Shown here: piece by piece, positions 55,220-64,000 of the stretch | Layout of the letters: every line of letters starts with the position of its first letter | Numbering within the stretch: the first letter of the stretch is position 1 | Assembly (NCBI RefSeq): GCF_002854065.1 | Contig: NZ_CP024147.1 | DNA from: Escherichia coli | GTDB taxonomy: Bacteria; Pseudomonadota; Gammaproteobacteria; Enterobacterales; Enterobacteriaceae | Length of the DNA stretch: 64,000 nucleotides | Reading direction: 5' to 3' (one strand) | The notes under the pieces: generated by a model | What the model was told of the DNA's origin: nothing | Databases searched by the model: none | What the model saw: only the letters and a program-made list of their open reading frames with translations | Program-made: the position numbers and the translations under genes

Positions 55220-56818
55220 ATGCGTAAAACAGTGGCTTTTGGCTTTGTCGGAACGGTGCTGGATTATGCCGGGCGCGGCAGTCAGCGCTGGTCGAAATGG
55301 CGTCCGACGCTTTGTTTATGCCAGCAAGAATCGTTGGTCATCGATCGACTGGAATTATTGCATGACGCCCGCTCGCGCTCGCTATTTGAAACGCTTAAAC
55401 GCGATATCGCCAGCGTTTCGCCAGAAACAGAAGTGGTGAGCGTTGAGATTGAACTGCATAACCCGTGGGATTTCGAAGAGGTTTACGCCTGCCTGCATGA
55501 TTTCGCCCGTGGTTACGAGTTTCAACCAGAAAAAGAAGACTATTTAATTCACATCACCACCGGCACCCACGTCGCGCAGATTTGCTGGTTTCTGCTGGCG
55601 GAAGCGCGTTATCTACCCGCCCGGTTGATACAATCTTCACCTCCGCGCAAAAAAGAACAACCGCGCGGCTCAGGTGAAGTGACGATTATCGATCTCGATC
55701 TAAGCCGTTATAACGCCATCGCCAGCCGCTTTGCCGAGGAACGCCAGCAAACGCTTGATTTTCTTAAGTCCGGCATTGCCACGCGTAACCCCCACTTCAA
55801 CCGCATGATTGAGCAGGTTGAAAAAGTGGCGATTAAATCCCGCGCACCGATCCTGCTTAACGGCCCGACCGGTGCGGGTAAGTCGTTTCTGGCACGACGC
55901 ATTTTCGAATTAAAACAGGCGCGGCATCAGTTTAGCGGCGCGTTTGTGGAAGTGAACTGCGCCACCTTGCGTGGCGATACCGCCATGTCGACGCTGTTTG
56001 GTCATGTAAAAGGCGCGTTTACCGGGGCGCGGGAATCCCGTGAAGGATTATTACGTAGCGCCAACGGTGGAATGTTGTTTCTTGATGAGATTGGCGAACT
56101 GGGCGCAGACGAACAGGCAATGCTGCTGAAAGCCATTGAAGAGAAAAACTTTTACCCGTTTGGCAGCGATCGCCAGGTGAGCAGTGATTTTCAGCTCATC
56201 GCCGGAACGGTGCGCGATTTACGCCAGCTGGTTGCCGATGGCAAATTCCGCGAAGATCTATACGCGCGGATCAATCTCTGGACCTTCACCCTGCCGGGGC
56301 TACGCCAGCGTCAGGAAGATATTGAACCTAACCTGGATTATGAAGTGGAGCGCCACGCTTCACTCACCGGCGACAGCGTGCGTTTTAACACCGAAGCGCG
56401 GCGCGCCTGGCTGGCCTTTGCGACATCTCCCCAGGCAACATGGCGCGGTAACTTTCGCGAGCTTTCTGCCAGCGTCACGCGAATGGCAACCTTTGCCTCT
56501 AGCGGACGCATTACTCTGGACGTGGTTGAAGATGAGATAAACCGTCTGCGCTATAACTGGCAGGAGAGCCGCCCCTCCGCGCTTACGGCGTTGCTGGGCG
56601 CAGAGGCAGAAAACATCGATCTCTTCGACCGTATGCAACTGGAACACGTTATCGCTATCTGCCGCCAGGCAAAGTCGCTTTCCGCAGCCGGACGCCAGCT
56701 TTTTGACGTTTCGCGCCAGGGCAAAGCCAGCGTCAATGACGCGGATCGGCTACGCAAATACCTGGCGCGTTTTGGTCTGACGTGGGAAGCATTGCAGGAT
56801 CAGCACAGCTCCAGTTGA
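55220..56818 (+). CDS. rtcR: RtcR, sigma54-dependent activator with N-terminal CARF-like domain (532 aa)
   Basis: Start [18 protein letters not shown]; AAA+ Walker A GPTGAGKS; ORF track over-extended by 56 codons. Confidence 0.93.
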   Translation: MRKTVAFGFVGTVLDYAGRGSQRWSKWRPTLCLCQQESLVIDRLELLHDARSRSLFETLKRDIASVSPETEVVSVEIELHNPWDFEEVYACLHDFARGYEFQPEKEDYLIHITTGTHVAQICWFLLAEARYLPARLIQSSPPRKKEQPRGSGEVTIIDLDLSRYNAIASRFAEERQQTLDFLKSGIATRNPHFNRMIEQVEKVAIKSRAPILLNGPTGAGKSFLARRIFELKQARHQFSGAFVEVNCATLRGDTAMSTLFGHVKGAFTGARESREGLLRSANGGMLFLDEIGELGADEQAMLLKAIEEKNFYPFGSDRQVSSDFQLIAGTVRDLRQLVADGKFREDLYARINLWTFTLPGLRQRQEDIEPNLDYEVERHASLTGDSVRFNTEARRAWLAFATSPQATWRGNFRELSASVTRMATFASSGRITLDVVEDEINRLRYNWQESRPSALTALLGAEAENIDLFDRMQLEHVIAICRQAKSLSAAGRQLFDVSRQGKASVNDADRLRKYLARFGLTWEALQDQHSSS

Positions 56819-57558
56819 ATATGGTGGTCCGTCAGCACCTGCATCACGCTTACTGGCGGCGGGGCGTCGGTGTAGACGGCATCTACCATGCTGATGCTGC
56901 CCATATTGACCATCGCGTTACGGCCAAATTTGGAGTGATCGACAACCAGCATAACGTGGCGCGAGTTCTCAATAATGGCGCGTTTGGTGCGAACTTCGTG
57001 GTAATCGAACTCCAGCAGCGAGCCGTCGCTATCGATGCCGCTTATCCCCAGAATGCCGAAATCAAGGCGGAACTGGGAGATAAAATCGAGCGTCGCTTCG
57101 CCAATGATCCCGCCATCGCGGCTGCGTAATTCGCCACCGGCGAGAATAATGCGGAAATCTTCTTTTACCATCAACGTGTTAGCAACATTGAGATTGTTGG
57201 TGACAATGCGCAAATTGCTGTGATTGAGCAGCGCGTGCGCCACCGCTTCCGGCGTGGTGCCGATATCGATAAACAGCGTCGAGCCGTTGGGGATTTGCTC
57301 CGCCACTTTACGGGCAATCCTCTCTTTTTCTTCGGTCTGGGTGGCTTTACGATCGTGCCACGGCGTGTTAACCGAACTGGAAGGCAGCGCCGCACCGCCA
57401 TGATGGCGCAGGATCAGGTTTTGCTCTGCCAGTTCGTTGAGGTCGCGGCGAATAGTCTGCGGGCTGACGGAGAAGTGCTCCACCAGCTCCTCGGTACTGA
57501 CATAACCCTGCTGTTTAACCAGTTCGATAATACCGTTGTGACGTTGTGTTTGTTTCAT
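56800..57558 (-). CDS. glpR: Glycerol-3-phosphate regulon repressor GlpR (DeoR family, 252 aa)
   Basis: Start MKQTQRHNGIIELVKQQGYVSTEEL. Confidence 0.95.
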   Translation of the reverse strand: MKQTQRHNGIIELVKQQGYVSTEELVEHFSVSPQTIRRDLNELAEQNLILRHHGGAALPSSSVNTPWHDRKATQTEEKERIARKVAEQIPNGSTLFIDIGTTPEAVAHALLNHSNLRIVTNNLNVANTLMVKEDFRIILAGGELRSRDGGIIGEATLDFISQFRLDFGILGISGIDSDGSLLEFDYHEVRTKRAIIENSRHVMLVVDHSKFGRNAMVNMGSISMVDAVYTDAPPPVSVMQVLTDHHIQLELC

Positions 57559-57574
57559 TTCTAAATCCCTGGAA

Positions 57575-58417
<843 letters not shown>

Positions 58418-58449
58418 TTATTCCACACAAAAGGGGACAGTATAAAGCG

Positions 58450-58854
<405 letters not shown>

Positions 58855-58965
58855 TTATACATATCACTCTAAAATGTTTTTTCAATGTTACCTAAAGCGC
58901 AATTCTTTGCTAATATGTTCGATAACGAACATTTATGAGCTTTAACGAAAGTGAATGAGGGCAGC

Positions 58966-60471
58966 ATGGAAACCAAAGATCTGATTGTGATAGGTGGCGG
59001 CATCAATGGTGCTGGTATCGCGGCAGACGCCGCTGGACGCGGTTTATCCGTGCTGATGCTGGAGGCGCAGGATCTCGCTTGCGCGACCTCTTCCGCCAGT
59101 TCAAAACTCATCCACGGTGGCCTGCGCTACCTTGAGCACTATGAATTCCGCCTGGTCAGCGAGGCGCTGGCTGAACGTGAAGTGCTGCTGAAAATGGCCC
59201 CGCATATCGCCTTCCCGATGCGTTTTCGCCTGCCACATCGTCCGCATCTGCGCCCGGCGTGGATGATTCGCATTGGTCTGTTTATGTACGATCATCTGGG
59301 TAAACGCACCAGCCTGCCGGGATCAACTGGTTTGCGTTTTGGCGCAAACTCAGTGTTAAAACCGGAAATTAAGCGCGGATTCGAATATTCTGACTGTTGG
59401 GTAGACGACGCCCGTCTGGTACTCGCCAACGCCCAGATGGTGGTGCGTAAAGGCGGCGAAGTGCTTACTCGTACTCGTGCTACTTCTGCTCGTCGCGAAA
59501 ACGGCCTGTGGATTGTGGAAGCGGAAGATATCGATACCGGCAAAAAATATAGCTGGCAAGCGCGCGGCCTGGTTAACGCCACCGGCCCGTGGGTGAAACA
59601 GTTCTTCGACGACGGGATGCATCTGCCTTCGCCTTATGGCATTCGCCTGATCAAAGGTAGCCATATTGTGGTGCCGCGCGTGCATACCCAAAAGCAGGCC
59701 TACATTCTGCAAAACGAAGATAAACGCATTGTGTTCGTGATCCCGTGGATGGACGAGTTTTCCATCATCGGCACCACCGATGTGGAATACAAAGGTGATC
59801 CGAAAGCAGTGAAGATTGAAGAGAGTGAAATCAATTACCTGCTGAAAGTGTATAACACGCACTTTAAAAAGCAGTTAAGCCGTGACGATATCGTCTGGAC
59901 CTACTCCGGTGTGCGTCCGCTGTGTGATGATGAGTCCGACTCGCCGCAGGCTATTACCCGTGATTACACCCTTGATATCCATGATGAAAACGGCAAAGCA
60001 CCGCTGCTGTCGGTATTCGGCGGTAAGTTGACCACCTACCGCAAACTGGCGGAACATGCGCTGGAAAAACTGACGCCGTATTATCAGGGCATTGGCCCGG
60101 CATGGACGAAAGAGAGCGTGCTGCCGGGTGGTGCCATTGAAGGCGACCGCGACGATTACGCAGCTCGTCTGCGCCGTCGCTATCCATTCCTGACTGAATC
60201 ACTGGCGCGTCATTACGCACGCACTTACGGCAGCAACAGCGAGCTGCTACTCGGCAATGCGGGGGCGATAAGCGACCTCGGGGAGGATTTCGGTCATGAG
60301 TTCTACGAAGCGGAACTGAAATACCTGGTGGATCACGAATGGGTCCGCCGCACCGACGATGCCCTGTGGCGTCGCACAAAACAAGGCATGTGGCTGAATG
60401 CGGATCAACAATCTCGTGTGAGTCAGTGGCTGGTGGAATATACGCAGCAGAAGTTGTCGCTGGCGTCGTAA
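58966..60471 (+). CDS. glpD: Aerobic glycerol-3-phosphate dehydrogenase GlpD (501 aa)
   Basis: Start METKDLIVIGGGINGAGIA (FAD fold). Confidence 0.97.
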   Translation: METKDLIVIGGGINGAGIAADAAGRGLSVLMLEAQDLACATSSASSKLIHGGLRYLEHYEFRLVSEALAEREVLLKMAPHIAFPMRFRLPHRPHLRPAWMIRIGLFMYDHLGKRTSLPGSTGLRFGANSVLKPEIKRGFEYSDCWVDDARLVLANAQMVVRKGGEVLTRTRATSARRENGLWIVEAEDIDTGKKYSWQARGLVNATGPWVKQFFDDGMHLPSPYGIRLIKGSHIVVPRVHTQKQAYILQNEDKRIVFVIPWMDEFSIIGTTDVEYKGDPKAVKIEESEINYLLKVYNTHFKKQLSRDDIVWTYSGVRPLCDDESDSPQAITRDYTLDIHDENGKAPLLSVFGGKLTTYRKLAEHALEKLTPYYQGIGPAWTKESVLPGGAIEGDRDDYAARLRRRYPFLTESLARHYARTYGSNSELLLGNAGAISDLGEDFGHEFYEAELKYLVDHEWVRRTDDALWRRTKQGMWLNADQQSRVSQWLVEYTQQKLSLAS

Positions 60472-60534
60472 ATTAACGTAAGGTGATCAGGTCAGATTTC
60501 AATCTGGCCTGAGACTGATGACAAACACAAAATT

Positions 60535-60630
60535 GCCTGATGCGCTACGCTTATCAGGCCTACGTGGTTTATGCAATATGTTGAATTTGCATGATTTTGT
60601 AGGCCTGAGAAGGCGTTCACGCCGCATCAG
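60535..60630. repeat. BIME: two REP units in inverted orientation (GCCTGATGCGCTACGCTTATCAGGCCTAC and GTAGGCCTGAGAAGGCGTTCACGCCGCATCAGG)
   Basis: REP consensus recognised downstream of glpD. Confidence 0.75.
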
Positions 60631-60684
60631 GAATGAACAAAGTGCACTTTGTCAACAATCTGACCTACTTTTTGAGTCAGAGAA

Positions 60685-61287
60685 TTACCGCAAAGCCCAC
60701 GCCATCATACCCAACGTAACAAAACTCAGGCACGTTCCCCACTCACTCCACTTCCGTATCTGGCTTCTATTTTTGCTACGCCACTGGCAATAATATCCCA
60801 ACGCAAAACCAAGCTGTGCGCTTATTGGACCGATAAAATCCGTCCACGGCTGAGGCCAAAATGGCGAAAAATTCAGGGGTAGCCAGACAACAAGCAGAAA
60901 GAAATTGCGGATACTTTCCAGCAACGCAATTTTCGCTGGCGCGATGTAAAAAATGATATTCCAGAGGATCAACCATAAATAGACCGGTGCGAATACCAAC
61001 CAACAATGGAGCCTGCTTTTCAATTCAGATTGAGTTCTACGAGTAAATTGCCAACCAACGCAACACATTACACAGAAGAAAAGCGCATATTCAGCCGATA
61101 ACCAAAGTTGTAATTGCAGAAGTGAAATACGCCTGATCATGAGCGGGATTGAGAACAGCATTTCCCCCAGAAAACTCAGCGTGATAATACAAGCAGCCAG
61201 CGCAACCACCATCGGCCACACCAACAACGGCACAATAACAAAGCCGAGAAATAACGGATAAATATAAAGTCTGATTATATTCATCAT
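60685..61287 (-). CDS. Uncharacterised multi-pass membrane protein (200 aa), paralogous to the N-terminal domain of the 505-aa protein upstream
   Basis: ORF 200 aa, mostly hydrophobic; start ATG overlaps upstream stop (TAATG); shared segments with 62305..63822 N-terminus. Confidence 0.75.
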   Translation of the reverse strand: MMNIIRLYIYPLFLGFVIVPLLVWPMVVALAACIITLSFLGEMLFSIPLMIRRISLLQLQLWLSAEYALFFCVMCCVGWQFTRRTQSELKSRLHCWLVFAPVYLWLILWNIIFYIAPAKIALLESIRNFFLLVVWLPLNFSPFWPQPWTDFIGPISAQLGFALGYYCQWRSKNRSQIRKWSEWGTCLSFVTLGMMAWALR

Positions 61288-62279
61288 TATTGTCCTGATG
61301 ATTCGGGGGATGCTTCATACAGCAGCACATACCCCACATCCTCTACCAACTGTTGCCCCTGCTGACTTATAAACCAGTCAACAAATTTCTGCGTTTCCGG
61401 CGTGGGATTTTCACGCGTCACCATATAGGCATCCACAATGTATGGATAAGTGCCGTTGCGGATATTTTCCTCGGTAGGCGCAACGCCATTTATAGCCAAA
61501 AGTTTAATCTGCTTGCGCATTTTGAGCATATTGTCATTCATACGAGTGACGTAATAGTGGAAGGTGTACCCAATGGAAGATGGCGTGTTTTGATAGTCGG
61601 CAACTTCAGTAATTAAACCGCCCATAAGATCAATCACAGTAGATTTTTTAGCTGGCAGCATTGGGGTGTCTTGCATAACCAATCCCTTCATAATCGTTTG
61701 GCTTCCAGAATCTTCAGGGCGCTGCCAGACTTTTATATGTTCGTCACTACCACCTACTTTATTCCAGCGGCTAGTTTTGCTGCTAAAAATATCTTTAACC
61801 TGGTGCTCAGAGAGAGAATTTACCGGGTTATTAATATCAACGATAAAGACAAAGGCTTCGCGGGCGAAAGCGGTATATTTCAGTTTAACACCCGCTTCTT
61901 CTGCACGTTTTTTCTGTCCTTCCGACGGTTGTGCAACAAAAATAACCGTCGCGGAACCTTTAATCAGACTATCGTAGGCTTCAGCTGTTCGGGTTTGCTG
62001 CAAACCATACGCCTGCCAGGCCAGCGAGGTTCGATCCTTATCTTTTGGCTCGGGTACTAATTTATAATACGCGGAGGCATACAGCGGGTATAAGGCTGTA
62101 GCGCCGTACACTCTCGGCCATCTTGACCAATCATCGCTGTAACGTAATGCAGGTTGCCCCCGCAGAGACGTCAGTCCATGGCTCTCTTCTTCCCTGACGC
62201 TGTTATAGTACCCTTCCCGGTCGACACATCCCGCCAGTAACGCCGTGCCTAATAGTAAAACACCGGTGAATTTATTCAT
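61287..62279 (-). CDS. Uncharacterised lipoprotein with PstS-like (PBP_like_2) phosphate-binding-protein-family domain, about 330 aa; start at MNKFTGVLLLGTALLAGC
   Basis: Lipobox LLAGC; motifs QRPEDSGSQT, IGYTFHYY, APTEENIRNG resemble PstS DGSGTSF / GAIGYVEY / SPTEENF; ORF-track start at 62342 would overlap the upstream gene. Confidence 0.8.
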   Translation of the reverse strand: MNKFTGVLLLGTALLAGCVDREGYYNSVREEESHGLTSLRGQPALRYSDDWSRWPRVYGATALYPLYASAYYKLVPEPKDKDRTSLAWQAYGLQQTRTAEAYDSLIKGSATVIFVAQPSEGQKKRAEEAGVKLKYTAFAREAFVFIVDINNPVNSLSEHQVKDIFSSKTSRWNKVGGSDEHIKVWQRPEDSGSQTIMKGLVMQDTPMLPAKKSTVIDLMGGLITEVADYQNTPSSIGYTFHYYVTRMNDNMLKMRKQIKLLAINGVAPTEENIRNGTYPYIVDAYMVTRENPTPETQKFVDWFISQQGQQLVEDVGYVLLYEASPESSGQ

Positions 62280-62304
62280 CTCGCTGATTCCTTTCTCTCG
62301 AGCG

Positions 62305-63822
62305 TTATTCCATTGTTGGATACAGCGGCACATATCCCACATCTTCTACCAGACTCTGCCCCTGCGGCGTTAAAAACCATTCGACCAGTTTTTGTGTTTC
62401 TGACGTTGTATTTTCCCTCGTTACCATAAAGGCATCGACGATATAGGGATATTTGCCGTTGCGAATATTTTCCGCAGTCGGTGTAATACCGTTAATCGCT
62501 AGCAGTTTTATATTTTTATCAGCATTCATTTGCGTCGCGTAATAGCGGAAGGTATAGCCTATTGCGTTGTTTGTATTACGGTATTCGGCAACGACTTTAA
62601 TCATTCCCTCCATCACGCTTGCCACTTCCATTTCCTGCGGCGAGATCATGCGGACATTTTTCATGACCTGTGATTGCATCACTGTCTGGCTGCCAGAGTC
62701 TTCCGGGCGCTGCCAGGTCTGGATCTCCTGATCGTTACCGCCAACAGTACGCCAGTTGGTAATTGCACCACTGAAAATGTCACGCACCTGTTGTTCAGTC
62801 AGGGAATTAACCGGATTATCCGCATTGACGATGAAAACGAATGCTTCACGGGCAAAGGGGGTGTACAGCAAAGTGACACCAGATTCCTTTGCACGTTTTT
62901 TTTGCCCACCGGAAGGTTGCGCCACGAAAATAATATCAGCATCGCCCTTAACGATTTTGTTATATGCTTCTGGCGTACGAGAGTTTTCCAGATAATCCCA
63001 AACGTGAAAATCCTCTGGTATTACACTTAATGCATAAAATGCAGAAGCATAAATTGGGTACGCAGCCGTGGCGCCATCGATTCGCGGCCAGTTTTGCCTA
63101 AACTGAATTTGCGGTTTGCCACGCAGCGGCGTCAGTCGATTATTGAGTTTATCGGGTTGCCAGGCCCAGATATCAATATTTTCGCGTACACCGACACCAG
63201 GATTGAGCTGTTTATATAAATAACCCTGATAACCAGCGACAAAACCAAGCATGAGAAGGATAAACAGGAGGGAATTACGGCAACGTAGCCCGGATGTACC
63301 GGTTAAAGGATGTCTGGTTGGCCGGCCGTACCCCAGCGAAAAACTGATATGCGCGCCAACGGGTATAATGACTATCCACCAGTACTCACCTCCGACTACT
63401 GAGACTAACAAAACGCCCAGCCAGGGGAGCATAAGATCAGCCAACCAACCCGATCCCATCTGGTGAAATTGATAATCTGCCAGATGCAGCGCGATTATCC
63501 AGCCAACCAGGATTAATAAAGCGGGTACTAAAAAAAGACATTGTCGCCAGACGGCTATTTCTCTTTTTTCTGGTGCACTATCGCCTGCCCATACTCGCCC
63601 CGAGAAAAATAGCATTAATGCGCCCAGCGCCAGCATAAAAATGTTGAGCAGAAGGTAAATTGTTGGCGTGATAAGGATATTACAAACTTCAATAATACCG
63701 GCAAGTCCGACACCCAGCATAGCAACAACCGCCGCCAAAAATTGCGTCAGTATGGGGATGCCGAAAAAAGTCATTACCAGCGAGGACAAAATCCATTTTC
63801 TGTTTTGCATTATTCTTTCCAT
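62305..63822 (-). CDS. Uncharacterised fusion protein (505 aa): N-terminal multi-pass membrane domain plus C-terminal PstS-like periplasmic binding domain
   Basis: First about 215 aa hydrophobic; C-terminal domain paralogous to the downstream lipoprotein (QRPEDSGSQT, IGYTFRYY, TPTAENIRNG); -10-like TATAAT 18 nt upstream. Confidence 0.8.
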   Translation of the reverse strand: MERIMQNRKWILSSLVMTFFGIPILTQFLAAVVAMLGVGLAGIIEVCNILITPTIYLLLNIFMLALGALMLFFSGRVWAGDSAPEKREIAVWRQCLFLVPALLILVGWIIALHLADYQFHQMGSGWLADLMLPWLGVLLVSVVGGEYWWIVIIPVGAHISFSLGYGRPTRHPLTGTSGLRCRNSLLFILLMLGFVAGYQGYLYKQLNPGVGVRENIDIWAWQPDKLNNRLTPLRGKPQIQFRQNWPRIDGATAAYPIYASAFYALSVIPEDFHVWDYLENSRTPEAYNKIVKGDADIIFVAQPSGGQKKRAKESGVTLLYTPFAREAFVFIVNADNPVNSLTEQQVRDIFSGAITNWRTVGGNDQEIQTWQRPEDSGSQTVMQSQVMKNVRMISPQEMEVASVMEGMIKVVAEYRNTNNAIGYTFRYYATQMNADKNIKLLAINGITPTAENIRNGKYPYIVDAFMVTRENTTSETQKLVEWFLTPQGQSLVEDVGYVPLYPTME

Positions 63823-63892
63823 TCTTTCTGAATGGCGAAATTATACTCCCCGAGTCCCCTTGCCCCTTCTGGACACTTTTCCGAAATGATGG

Positions 63893-63921
63893 CGAAAAAA
63901 ACGGGACCCTTTGGCCCCGTT
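63893..63921 (-). terminator. glgP intrinsic terminator (minus strand AACGGGGCCAAAGGGTCCCGTTTTTTT)
   Basis: Hairpin followed by T7 immediately downstream of the glgP stop. Confidence 0.7.
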
Positions 63922-63937
63922 CTATTTATTGGTGAAA

Positions 63938-64000
63938 TTACAATCTCACCGGATCGATATGCCAGATATGATCAGCGTACTCTTTGATAGTACGGTCAGA
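63938..64000 (-). CDS. glgP: Glycogen phosphorylase GlgP, 3' end only (…SDRTIKEYADHIWHIDPVRL)
   Basis: Partial ORF running off the window; C-terminal sequence recognised. Confidence 0.8.
   Translation of the reverse strand, partial: SDRTIKEYADHIWHIDPVRL

Overview
The window is an Escherichia coli chromosomal segment syntenic with K-12 from yhfL to the 3' end of glgP (about 75-77 min). Gene identities come from my recognition of the translated ORFs and their K-12 lengths; no searches were run. Almost all of it is conserved core: the cryptic yhfSTU-php-yhfWXYZ cluster, trpS-gph-rpe-dam-damX-aroB-aroK, hofMNOPQ, mrcA, nudE, igaA, yrfG-hslRO, yhgE, pckA, envZ-ompR, greB, yhgF, feoABC, rpnA, bioH, gntX, nfuA, gntT, malQP, malT, rtcBA/rtcR, glpRGE/glpD. 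Several ORF-track entries are N-terminally over-extended and I give corrected starts. Differences from K-12 that I can see: (1) a complete IS1 with a 9-bp target-site duplication upstream of yhfL; (2) no frlABCDR between yhfL and yhfS; (3) an in-frame TGA inside yhfW; (4) a DUF1778 antitoxin / GNAT toxin pair between malT and rtcA, with the toxin broken by an in-frame TGA; (5) the most interesting item, a three-gene minus-strand operon between glpD and glgP encoding two paralogous PstS-like periplasmic domains and two paralogous multi-pass membrane modules, one pair fused and one pair split, with no ABC transporter partner. K-12 has only the yzgL pseudogene here, by my recollection. No rRNA, tRNA or CRISPR array was found.
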